Source: Gnetum montanum (taxonomy: Eukaryota > Plantae > Gnetophyta). From it: a stretch of 64,000 nt of DNA. The stretch is taken from assembly GCA_015680685.1 (NCBI GenBank), contig MNCI01001408.1:1-64000 (forward strand), read 5' to 3'. The notes under the pieces are model-generated. The model was not told the DNA's origin. It was given only the letters and a program-made list of their open reading frames with translations, and ran no database searches. The position numbers and the translations under genes are program-made. Of the stretch, positions 37,800 through 50,461 are shown one piece after another (within the stretch, counting starts at the first letter, position 1; each line of letters starts with the position of its first letter).

Positions 37800-39161
37800 G
37801 CACTACTATCTTAGAGGTGACAACACCCATGATTGTCGTTGTTGCCACTATTGGTACAATTCATAAGGTTACAGTGAAGTTCCACTTGGATAATATTGTT
37901 GTGGTTGGTGGAACTGTCAAGAGTTGCCTTGTGGATAAGGCAATCTTTTGGGTGTTTGCCTTTGTGCAAGTCATGGATGTAAGGCATACACCCTAGATTC
38001 CTACAAGTATGACACAACTGGATAGCATCCCTTGGGATGTTCATACTGGTAGATGTCACATCTACCATCATCATCTAATTCATTATCTGCAACTATCTCT
38101 ATCATAGCCATCTTACCCTTACCCTTGGATATGGCACGTTCAGCTTTCTTATGTCTCCAGTGCTGATACTCACTACTTTGTTCCTTGGACTCTTCAGTAT
38201 TTTTTAAGATAACTTGAAACTTATTGTCCATGGAGTTCCATAATTGGTTAACCTTTACTATAATTTTGGACTATAATTTTTGGAGTGACAAGGTTTTCTA
38301 ATTAGCCATATCATGTCTTGTTAACTCATCCTCACTATTGCAAAATTGAACTCTCCTTTTGTGAATAGAAGGATCCCTATCATATTTCTCTGTACTTTCT
38401 CACCTTCTCAATTCTTGCTCCTCCCTAGCTACCTACATAATTAACTTTTGGACCTGATGGATGCTTAACTCTATCAATCTCCCTTGAGCATAGATGCCAA
38501 GGGGTTTTTGTATTTCAAATTGCAACCCATCTATAATTTAGTGGAGTTGATCAAGCTAAGAATATTCATGGTTGGGAAACTTATGCAATAGAGAGTAGTA
38601 TCAATTAATAGAAGCATCTAAGGGCTCATGGTTTTCTTATTTCCACCCTTGGATTTGCTCCCTCAAATTGGACACTTGAGAGTATGTTTAATATTTATCA
38701 TTAAACAATTCTAACATTGTACTCCATCACCTAATTGATTCTGATTCCAAGGACTAGTACTAGTTTTTTGCTTCCTTAATGAGTATCCTTGGGAATAATT
38801 TCAACTTTTGCCAATCATTCCCAATATTTTGCAAGGCACATGCATCCTGGAAGTCTTGGAGATGGTTTTGTGGATTAGCGTTGTAGCCTCCCTCAAATCG
38901 AGGGATGTTGTTCATATCTAGCCTCTTTATTCTACTATCCTTTACATGCCTTATTGGAATCCTTGGGAATAATTTCACCTTTTTCCAATCATTCTCAATA
39001 TTTTGCAAGGCACATGAATCTTGGAAGGCTTGGAGATGGTTTTGTGGATCAACGTTGTAGCCTCTCTCAAATCGAGGGATGTTGTTCATATCTAGCCTCT
39101 TTATTCTACTATCCTTTACATGCCTTATTGGAATCCTCATGGACTCTACAATGTTTAACAT
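37800..39161 (-). pseudogene. Athila-type gag with internal 174-bp in-frame tandem duplication
   Basis: PRFEGGYNANPQNHL..F...C...KLKLFP present twice (ORF 38760-39161); homologous to the gag at 23766-25004. Confidence 0.85.
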
Positions 39162-40171
39162 GATTTGAGTGGCAAGTATAGGTTCATCAAGGCCATAGTG
39201 ATGGTGCCTATGATGTTCTCTACTAACCCTTCTTTCATGGTGGTGGGTCTCTCTAGATCACCCATGCCTTTGATCATGACTGTCCTAACTATCCCTTTTG
39301 TTGTTTAAATCTTGTTAGTCACCTCCATCATAGTCATGCCTTTTGCAGCCATGATCTAAGCCAAATGAGGAAGAAGATAATGAAGGGGAAGAGGAAGGAA
39401 GCCTTGCATCGTGCTGACACCTACCATCTTCTCTTCGATGATAGCAACCACAATCATGATCATGACTTCCATTTTTCCCCTTATCATGACTTGCTCCTCT
39501 AGATGCATTTTTGTCATTGGATCTATTCCAACCAGAACCAAGATTATGAATTGTGGATTGCACATTTTGGTTGAGATCCCCTTGACCAAAGTCAAAGAGA
39601 GGAGTGTCACCAAAGGAACAGCCCCTAGAGAAGTGTTTGCTTCTATCCAATGGGCCAAGCAGAGATGGAAAAGTGTTTGAATCCTTTCCCTTCAAAATCT
39701 CATGTTGCTAGTCTTGCTAACAATCTCTTAACCTTTGTGCTTTAGTGGGATGGTAATCCCTTGAATCGGGATCTCACATCTCATACTCTCCGTGAAGATG
39801 TTGAAGTTCATGTCATGTAAGCATTAGTTGGAGCATAGCTAGAACAGATCGATCCAATGGCAACACAATATGACATTCCATGTTGCACCACTATAGCATT
39901 TCATCTTGATGTAAGATGAAGGTGAAGTTTGGTACATACTCATCGAGATGAGCATATACCACTCGATATTGCTGAGGCACTTGGTCTGCCCTAGGCAGAG
40001 ATATACTCTTGTGAGAAGAAGACATTTTTATATTAATGAATCTATATGCAATGTGTGGTTAATATTTAATTTAGTTGTAATAATAATTTTTTTGTAAGAT
40101 TCAATCTTTAGGGTTTGAACAATGAGGTTACTAAGTTTTTCTAAGTTTAGATAGTGCACGTAGAACTAAAG

Positions 40172-40189
40172 TCCTTGGAAATGGCACCA
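40172..40189 (-). promoter_or_regulatory. Degenerate PBS (tRNA-Asp type)
   Basis: tccttggaaatggcacca next to the LTR; mostly CpG-decayed version of tccccggcaacggcgcca. Confidence 0.8.
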
Positions 40190-40190
40190 A

Positions 40191-41059
40191 TGATAAGCAG
40201 TGAGGTACCCCTACACCCAACCATACAAATCATAGACATTCACATGTGATCTAGTTGAATTCCATAGACTTTAATTACGAAGTACACTAGAGCTAAATTT
40301 TGAGTTCATGTTGTTCATTTGTTATCTTCCCAGTCCCACTTGTGAAATGCAATGTATGGTTAAGTGTGACTGAGGCATAAGATTTTTATCATTCTATGTT
40401 TTATCAATTTGATCACCTAAAAATATAATGAAAGTGAGAGTAATTAAATGCTAAGTGAACTATTGTCTAATCTAACCTAACACAAGTAACCATCCCCACT
40501 TCCTAGACACATCATAAACTTCATGTAAACACTACTGGGTTGTCAAACGCTAACCATTTCTAAGCTACCAAGTGTCACACATATGTTTCAAGGGATCATG
40601 CTTGGGTATTTTAATTAGTTTCTTAATTAATCAAAATTAATTATTTAATGAATAACATTAAATATAAACTACATGAAATCACAATATATAAATGCATAAA
40701 GAAAGAAAGTGTTAAGTGCTACAAGGATGAATCAAAGAGCTCATCTTTATTGCCAACACAATGATGTGTTTAAGTACATTAATGCTTGAATAAAGATTTG
40801 ATTACACTTGGACCTTCTGATATGGGAAATTGGAAAATATTCTAACTCTCGAATAAACAAACTACAAGAATCTCTCTACTTGACTTTAAAAACTACTCCC
40901 GAATCATGTGTCCAAGGGTTGTATTTATAGGCCTAGGAGTACCCCATGATATCGCATGCCTGATATTGTATCTCGGGCTGTGATATTGCGTACTTGATAT
41001 TAGGTATCTAATATCATGGCCAGCCTAATATCGGAGCTTATGTAAAACACAATTTATCA
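40191..41059 (-). mobile_element. 5' LTR
   Basis: tgataag...tttatca termini, adjacent PBS and TSD. Confidence 0.93.
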
Positions 41060-42329
41060 GTATGGCAACGTGTTTCCTTTGAGAGCCAAGAAAACTTTTG
41101 TTTCTTATACATTTTTTTCCCACATACATAGTGTATGAGTAATATCTAGACTATTTGATCATTATTCTATGGAAAATAACCACTCATAATGTCAATATTA
41201 GCCTCTTATTCTTGTGAAACTTTTTTTAGTATTTTTAGCATTGTTAATTTAATGTTATTTTATGTTGTAGTTTTGGTTTTTAGTGTGGTTTCATGTTCTA
41301 ATAGTCTTAATGTTTTACTTGTCTACAGGCCTCTAATATTAACAATGATGACATTGTTGATGATGATGATACTTCTCTCCCTATGAATTAGTTTTATTAT
41401 TTTTATTATATTATTATAGCTGTTCTTGTTTGAATCTCATAGCCTTTAAGAACTATCTATTATTCTTGTTGTTATCTACTTCATAGTGCAACTATGGCTA
41501 TGGACATTTATTTTATTGTTATTGTCACACAATGTAACTATGGCTACTATTTTATTTTTGGAGTAAGACATTTTTTTTGGTTTTTTATGATTTGTATTTT
41601 TATATAACAAGGATACAAAGTAAAATATGGCAATATGACATAATGAGATGAAATATATAAAACAAGACATAATTGTTAAAGTAACACTTGATCATCATGT
41701 ACATGCAAAGGGGAAGGAAGAGAGGCCACAAATGCACTAGTTCTGGGCCCTAGAAGGCCATTGTATCACTATTTTTATGCCTTGTCAAGCCATCATGTTG
41801 CCAAATTTAGGCCTTGGTAGGCCATTGTCTTGCTAGTTTTAGAACTTGGCTAGCCATCATGTTACCAATTTTAGGCCTTGGTGGGGCATTGGCTTGCAAA
41901 TTTTATGCCTTGGTGGGCCATGGTATTGCTAGTTTTAGACCTTAATAGGCCATGGTACTAAGTTTTCTAGCAAGCATGAGATAATCTCAAACAAGCATAA
42001 AAGCATAAAATGAATAGTGAAACATGATATAAGGCTACAAAAGTAAACCAAAGATTGTTGAGAAAAGAAGGAATAAGATGCCTATTGTAAAACTTTTGTT
42101 TGATCTTTGATAAATTAAAGAATCAATTTTCCATGATTCTACATTCACCATTCTTCTTGTTTGATGTGGCAAGTGGCAAGCACTCTCACTGGTTATTTGA
42201 TTTTCTAGACATTGTTAACATTATTGTTGTTGTTATTGTTATTGGCCCCAACTTGAGTATCAAGAGTTTCATCTTGAAACTCCACCTCTGAACCTTTTTC
42301 AATATTGACATTGCTAACACATCATAAAA

Positions 42330-42723
42330 GCATGTTATTCCTACAAATCATAATTTCACCATATTTATATGGTAATTGACTCTTTTGGTGTATAGAAGAT
42401 GAGACTTATTAAAGCTTCACTAACCATGATCTTCCTAGGATCAAGTTAAAATTGAGTGTTTCCTTAACTACTAGAAAATTGGTAGATGTGGGGAACTATT
42501 TTCCAACTACAAAGTCTAAGGAAATAGAACTCTATATCATTATCCATGATCCATTGAATGAATTTAGAATGGAGGTAGAGGTATCTTGGATGATATTATT
42601 TAGGCCTAGTTTCTCAAATATGGTGAATGGTATCATGTTGATTGTCATCCCATCATCCACATGACCACAATGAATCTTATATTTTCCAACATGTATGGTA
42701 ATGGGGAGAGGAGTAGATAGCAC
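42330..42723 (-). pseudogene. Ogre/Tat-like aspartic protease (copy 3)
   Basis: HVDDGMTINMIPFTIFEKLGL..ILNSFNGS..FNLILGRSWL. Confidence 0.85.
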
Positions 42724-45700
42724 TTCTCCATTTCATGAGTCAATCTTCACTTCAGTGTCATGAAAGGTGAGAATGATGTAATTCTTGTTCTCTCTAAGTG
42801 AGGCTTTCCTGATGACAAAGTAAATGAATTCTTTGTTGATAGACATGTCTCCTCTCATAGGAAAAGAAGTTAACACTTGAGCTAGCACATCTCTATGAGG
42901 ATAAAAAATTGTGACTAGGTTGTATAGGTTCAACAATGTGTTCTTTTGTTTCAAGGATCCTTTAGCTTGTTTCATTTTTATAAGTAAATTCTTTTTCTTA
43001 GCATGTAACTTTTCAACCCTAGTAGTCTTAATTTTATCCATTCTTCCTAGGATTCTTAGCTTATGTTTTTATCATATGTGGTTTGGTTCAATTTCCCATA
43101 GCTAGTATGTGACTCTCTCTTAGTTGGTGGATCAATGCAATTTGGACAATGGAGTTCATAGGTAAGGCTACTCTTGATGTAGACCTTGGTGGGTTATCTT
43201 GCTTCCATGCCTTTCATTGTTGACTACCTTCAGTAAGCTTAGTTGTTGATTTGGTGACATGTTTGAAATACCACCAAAATTTTCATGTTTTAACCATTTA
43301 TCATCATGTAACTTTCACCCCATGAAACTTGAGGCAAAAATTTGTTGTAAATGTAAGGATGGTAATCCATAATGGGCAATCTCACATGTTTCATACTTTT
43401 GAGGCTGAAAAATGCCTCATAAGTAGTCAAAGTGTCATTCCCCAAGTAAAACGATCCATCTAGTATCAATGTTTGGGCTTGCAAAAGTCAAAAATTCCTT
43501 TTGGAATGTCAAAAATGGTAATTTTATGGGTTTTATGAAAGGCATACACTTTTCTATGTTGACAAACCACTATAGGGGGTAAATGAGCTAGGAGACATCG
43601 AAGCTAGTGTGGAGGATTGCAAGGGGTGTGGATCTCACCTACTCTCAACATGGAGAAGGGGTTAACTTAGCCTAGAGGGGTTTGACCTTCATCCCAACAT
43701 TGATATTTCATCCCCTCAACATTAACACCTCCTCCCTAACATGGAAGCACCATGATTAAGATTTGAACATCAACTCCAACTAGGATCCTATATGCCAAGG
43801 TTGAAGATTTGCTCCCACCATTGATCTTTCAACCTCTAAACATTGACACTCTTCCCCTAACATGGAAGGGTTAGCCAACATAGAGGGATCAGCTAGCATG
43901 GAGGGATTACTCAATGTAGAGGGGTTAGCCAACATGGAGGGATCAGTCAATGTAGAGTGGTTAGCCAACATGGATGCATGGGGGTGAATCTTACCTACCC
44001 CCTAAACATGGTAGCAATTTGCAACAATTTGGTAGCCAGTTTTCAGTCCAAATCATGGCCAAAACCCTATAAAAACTAAACCCCAATACCATTTCAAGGT
44101 TCCACAACCTTGGAATTTTTCATAAACATTTGGCATCCAAGATCTTTTACTTTTTGTCAAAATTATAGCTTCTTAGGGCCTAACAGTGTGGAACTATTGT
44201 AACCTTGTTATCCCCTATTACCCCCTTAGGATTTGTGAGCCTGAAGTGTCAACATTACCCCCTAGAATCCCAAAATCTCACTGTGGAGCATCCTAATAGC
44301 CTTCATTCTTTACATTTCATAATCCTCAATAGTTACCCAAGTTGCAGATTTAGAGTAGAAGTAGAGAAGGTTCAAAAAAATCAAGAGTGGTTGAGCATCT
44401 AAATTGTGGAATAGATTCTATCTTCTTCAACAAACTTGGAACTACCACTCAAGTGAACCCTCCTTTGCTCTCCTATGGACAATTTTATACACATTCTTGA
44501 ACTCATTCTTTTCTTAATCAATAAAGTTTATAGTTTTAGTTTATGTGCAATTTTTGTTCATTTTTGGATTTCAAATCTATAAATTTTTATGTTTTTACAC
44601 CTTCATTTTGCACCTCCCCTTAAGTCCCTATGTGATCTACGATACTATCTAGGGTATCCTAAATCCCATTTTTTCTCAGAGGCCCTGGGGATTTGGGATT
44701 GAGGTTGTTTATGGCTGAGAATCCTTGGTTTTTTTAGCAATTGAGATTTTCCATTGCAACATTTTCTTGGCACTAGAAGAAGGGCCTCCACCTAATTTCC
44801 AATGGTTAAATCTATCTTCCTTATTGCCAACATTACTCCTAGCCTAAAACTCACATTTTTTGTAGCCAAAACCTTGAAAACCCAATGCTACTCCTCATCT
44901 TCCCTTATGATATAAACTCTAGTGTGGAAATTATAGATGGTTGGATGTTGAGTTTTCACAACATATATTGTGAATTCCAAAGCCAAATCAAGTGTTGATC
45001 ACCCACATGCAAACATTCAATCTCTTATTATCATTTTCACAATGAAACCAACATTGGTTTAACACTAACCAAAAATAATTTTTCCCTTTATTATGGAATT
45101 TGCCAACCTGTCAAAAATTTTTTAAGAGAGTTTTATAATTTATTTAGACTACCAAACTTCCCACCCCCAACCCCCATCCCCCCCTTTCATCAACATTGGT
45201 TTTAGAAGGTGTGAGATCCCCCTATCTCACCCCCTCTTTTCCCGATGCCATACCTAGGGGTGTGACAATTAGGAGACTAGTGTGGGTGAAGCTTGGTATC
45301 AACATTTTCAGGTTTCTATTTCTACAAAAAGGGTTGTATCCCATTTTGGCCCCCACTTACTACTTATAGTAAGTAACCTATTTGGCCATGTTTTCTTCTT
45401 TTCACTAAACTTAAACTTTTTGACAATTTCAATTACCAAAATTTGCATTCTTTTTTCCTCCTTTCACCAATGTTGGTTTTGGAAGGTGTGAGATCCCACT
45501 ATCTCACCCCTCCTTCACCTCCCCTACCACATTTGGGGGTGTAATTGCTAGGAAGCTAGCGTGGACATCTGGGGATGTGACAGCTAGAAAGTTAGCATGG
45601 GTAAAGTTTGCTACCACCTTTTCACCTTTCCATTTTTTGGTAAAGGAGTATATACCTCTTACCACACCCCCAACTTGCTATTTATAGTAAGTACTCCATT

Positions 45701-46799
45701 TTTAACTATTTTTTGTTTTTACCACTTTTGAATTCCAATTGCTAGGATTTACTTCTATTTTTTCCTTTTTAGCCTATCTTAAGCCATTTTCAGCAAAATA
45801 GACATGTCTCTCCCACAGTCAATCAAGTTTTCTTACAGCTACATTGAAAATGGGTTAGATCAATAGCACATGAGGGATTATGATCAAAAATACCCTACTA
45901 TTATGGGATGTAGGCAATCTCTTAGGCTTAGGGGATAAATTCTTAGTTTCCCAGTGATAAATGAAGAGCATTATAACTTCATTTGCACTAAGATCTAGAC
46001 TAGCATGCTAATCCCATGAGTAAAAGTAGAGGCCAAGAGGGAATTCTTACTTATCCATCATGATGGAGAAGAGTATATTCCCTCCCCATATGACCAAATA
46101 TCCCTTAATGACATCTATGTTAGTGTCTTATCCCTTCTCATTTAGGTTGATGAAGACAACTGGAATACTACCTCCAAGGGGAAAATAGTGAAGGAAGATG
46201 AATTCAAGGTAGAGTCTGATCCTGAAAATCTTTTGGGGGAACTTTTCCAACAAGGGATCTCGAAGGCCATAGTGTCCACCTTTACTTCCTTCACCTCTTC
46301 CTCTAGGTAGGTCCCACTACCTTGGTCCCCACCATAATTAATCATGTTTAGGTCCATACTAATCATCGTTGCACACGAAGCACAATCAATGTTGCAGTCA
46401 ACCACCTTTCACTTCTCCATGCCTCTTTCTACCCAACCTAGGTTAGTTCAATAGATGATAGTGGTATCTACTACTACTAAGCTATTAACCAGCCATGTGG
46501 GATCCACCATGGGACCCCAAGAAACCTAGAGGTCACATACCCCCTTTTTCCCATTTATGCCTCAAATACCAGCACAAACATCTTTTTTCTTGTTTGGTCC
46601 ACAAACTACAATGATGACAGAATAGTTTCCTTCCATCTTGCAACCTATAGCAAGGTCATAAGACTCACAACAAATACCATAGCTATATGTGCAATCCTTA
46701 TAGCAATAGGTTCATCATAGGGCCTGGATTAGGCCTTCTAGATGATACAAGACTTGATGGAGAAGTTGAAGAGGCTTAAAGCCTCTACTTTTCAAAGTG

Positions 46800-48050
46800 T
46801 CAAGATCATGGATTTTTACTAGGATGATCCCATCAATCCTATAATCCAACCCTTTACACTTCCTCCTAGTGTTCCTATTTTCCAATTTAGCAAGTATAAT
46901 GGAGAATGTGATCCCAATGCTTACCTTATAATCTTTTGATCCAAGTACTTTCTGTTGCAACCATGGCCTCATACTATCATGAGGAGTTTCCCTATGTCCT
47001 TGACTATGAAAGTTCTTGAGTGGTATCACACCATACCTAGAGGATACATATCCTTTCTTAAGAACTTAATAGCATAGTTTGTTAATCACTTCAAGTATAA
47101 CTTAAATCCTAACACCATGCTTGACCAACTGGTGAAGGTCAAGTAAGGATCCCTAGAACTTGTGCAGAAGTTCATCCAAAGTTGAAATGAACTATTGAAC
47201 AAAATACCAGAGCCCATAGCCAAAACCCATATTTTTACTATATGTAAAGGGGTTATTAATGAATTTATCAAGTTCAAGATTTAGTACCTTGACCCGTGGT
47301 CCCTTAGCCAATCATTCTTCCAAATCAAGAATATAGAGGATGCTTCAGAGGCTAGTCATGATCTGACTTACATAGCATACAAAAATCAACATATGTAGAG
47401 GGATAAGGAGAAGATAAAACATAACAATGTGGTTATAGCAATAGCGACCAAAGAGGCCAAGATGACTAACCAGGGGCCAAGGACTAATCCATCCAAGGTC
47501 CCTACTAATAGTCATGATCTGACTTACATAGCATACAAAAATCAACCTACGCAAAGGGATAAGGAGAAGATCAAACATAACAATGTGGTTATAGAAATAG
47601 TGGCTAAAGAGGCTCAAATGACTAACTAGGGGCCAAGGACTAATCCAACGAAGGTTCCTACTAATAATAAACATGAAAACCATCCTTCAACCTATAGGGC
47701 CACTACATTAACAACAACCAAACCCAATTTTGAAAGGAAGGATAAGTCTAAATACACTAGGCTACCATTAAAACCATCAAATCTATTAGAACAACTTTTG
47801 AAAAGTGGGCATATTCAATATAAATAGATGTCTGAAGCTTCCTAAAAGAATCATGACAGACTCTATGAAATAGCCAAAGACCCCACTAGAGCAATGAAAG
47901 ATGACCCATAGCTTCCTAAGTACTTCAAGTTAGATTGCTTTTTCCACTATCACCAACTTCCTGATCATGACTTCTGCCTTGCACTAAAGGATGACTTGAA
48001 AAAGATGATAGCTATGGAAGTCCTAGTCCTAGATGCATCCAACCTTGTCC
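46800..48050 (+). pseudogene. gag (Ogre/Tat-like) with 156-bp tandem duplication
   Basis: QFSKYNGECDPNAYL, MRSFPMSLTMKVLEWYHTIPRG, FVNHFKYNL motifs. Confidence 0.8.
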
Positions 48051-48969
48051 ATCCTTAAAACCAATTGATGTAGGTGCATAAGAACCCATTGAATACCAAC
48101 AATGCTACATATATTTTATTGGTGTTTAACATAGATGATAATTGGAGACCTATGAGAGAACCATTTATGATTCGGGTACTCCCTTGTGAAGAAATTGCTT
48201 CTACAACTTCCACCAGCTCAAGATCCTCCTTTGTCATGAGAATACTATCACAAGTACTTCTGAGGAAACCTGTTTTCATCAGTGTGCTTTAGGCCACCTT
48301 AACCAAACCAACCATAGCCTCATCAATAGACATAACCATCCAACAACCTCTTTTGGTGTCCAATGCTATACCCTCTTCCTCATAATGAACAACTAACAAT
48401 TAAAAGGCTTCAACCAAAAAGAGGAAGAAGCATAAGCAAAATCCTAGTAACAAAGGTGATAAGTAAACTAAGGCACAAAAGCAAGTGGGCCCATTAAAGC
48501 CCACTTCCATATCGGCTATACGCATGACCTCCCCTGTCCAACCTGCTTCAACCAACAAACTATGGAAGGAAACCAAAGCCCATAGTCAAAAGAATGAGAA
48601 GAAGCCCCAACATCAACAAGCTAAAGATAAAGTTTGCATTTTTAGGCGCATGGAGGAAGTGAAGCACATCTCGGGTGACAAGCCCATGGCCAACAACAAA
48701 AACTTCCTCAATGTGATGGATTAGGTTAGACAATCCCTTAAGCTAAAGAACACAACTCTAAGCTCGTATGACTTGATCATGACTTCCACCACACATTGTG
48801 AGGCATTAGTTGATATGCTAAATTTGATCCCCATTAGTGAAGACATCCCTGATAATAAGGAATTCATCCATGTAGTGATGGTTCCTCCCTCACCAAGGGA
48901 GGAGAAGTCAACATCCCTAGTATTTCATGATAGCAATATCAATGTCAATCACCAAAATGGAAAAGTAAC

Positions 48970-49350
48970 TAGGGCTCCTCTATTTATAACCATATGTTTA
49001 GGGTAGTTTAAAGTGCATTGAGTGCATGTAGATGATGCAGATATGACTAACATTATTCCATGCACAATCATTGAATGATTAGTCTTGATAGAGTAGATAC
49101 AACATACATCAATAGCCATTCTCAAGTCTTTTAATAGATCAAGGGTTGCTATCAAGGAGTCTATCTCCTTGGATGTTGTGGTAGGGGAGAAATTCCCCAC
49201 AACCATGGATTTCTTAGTGATGGAAAAGATACTTGGGTTTAACCTTATCCTAGGAAGACCTTGGTTGGCTTAGTTACAAGTTGTGTCCTCACCAATCAAC
49301 TAAGAGATTCACCTTCCTTATGAAGAAGGTGAAATTATCATTCATGGTGA
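48970..49350 (+). pseudogene. Aspartic protease (copy 2)
   Basis: VHVDDADMTNIIP..LKSFNRS..FNLILGRPWLA*LQVVSS..IHLPYEEG. Confidence 0.85.
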
Positions 49351-49914
49351 TAACGTGGTGCCCCTAGTTGTTAAAAATGTGAACATAGAGTAGGGTTCTA
49401 AAATGAAGCTTTAAGAAGAATCTCCTAGCCATGAAATCCAACAACCCAAGATAGAGCAAAAAGCCAAGAATGACAACAATAGGTAGAGGGATACGTTATG
49501 GGATAAACTCCTTTTTAACAACATCAATGAAGGTGATGGAGAATATGAAATTATGCAAAATAGACCATACTCATTTCTTAATCTTTCAAAGATTAGGAAC
49601 AGTCTACACAAGTGAAGTACACCAAACCCTTCCACCCCATTTCCTTAAAACCAAAGGCACCGATAGCTATGTAGCCTAACTTTTCTTTGTTAACTTATTA
49701 TTCTTGTTTGTTTCCTTTATTTTACTCTTTCATGATTGTAGCCTAAGTTTCTAATTTCATTTGTATTTTTACTTATTTATTACAACCTTTCTATTTCTTT
49801 AATTTTACATAAGTTGTAAACATCAAAAACCTTATAAAAATTTCAAAACTAGAAAAAAGCCATAAAATATTTTAAGATAGAAAATCGTCAAAAAAATATA
49901 AGTTTCCTTTTGTA

Positions 49915-50130
49915 CCAAGGCCCACCATGGCCTAAAATTGGCAAACCTATGACCTATTGTGGCCTTAAACTAACATTGTAGCTTGCCTGGGCCTTAAACT
50001 AGCACTACAATCCACTAAGACTCTAAACTAGTGTTACAATCCACTAAGACTTTAAATTGACATCACTGTCCACCACGTCCCTAAACTAGCAATAAATGTA
50101 TGGCTTTCCATGGCTTAAAAATAGCAAGTA
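49915..50130. repeat. About 30-bp tandem array downstream of protease
   Basis: Repeated (g)gccttaaactagca-like units; homologous arrays at 8640-8690, 41740-41960 and 61150-61380. Confidence 0.75.
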
Positions 50131-50461
50131 ACCCTTATCCTATGGTCATTCATAATCTTATAGCCTAACCATTTTCGACATAGCCAACATAGCCATTCTC
50201 AACATACTTATTTTCAACATTACAACTTTAAAACCTTGTAGTAAAGCCATCAACAACATATGTAGCCAAAACTAAAATCGAAGCTTAAAATTTCAAACAT
50301 CTTAAAATAAAATAAAATAAAATAATATAGCCATGACCACATTGTGTGGCATAAATGTCAAAATAATAAACCATGAATGTTAAAATGTCTACAACTCAAG
50401 CATTGGCCAACATAGGCTATACAATGCCAAACATAAAATGAAATAAACAATGAAGGTTACA

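Larger units (their letters stand above)
30124..41059 (-). mobile_element. Full-length decayed Athila-like gag-pol retrotransposon
   Basis: LTR pair, PBS, gag-PR-RT-RH-INT order, perfect 5-bp TSD GTATG (30119-30123 and 41060-41064). Confidence 0.95.
27800..43263 (-). mobile_element. Ogre/Tat-like gag-protease element, copy 3 (interrupted by the Athila element 30124-41059; truncated near 43263)
   Basis: Minus-strand protease 42330-42720, pre-protease LKQKNTLLNLYNLV motif, 30-bp array 41740-41960, and last antisense exon on the plus strand at 41329-41391. Confidence 0.6.

Noticed and set aside
45800-46800. Separate Ogre ORF1 upstream of gag
   Set aside because: A shared atagacATG start is seen (near 4807 and 45804), but the region is too decayed to distinguish from a long gag N-terminus.
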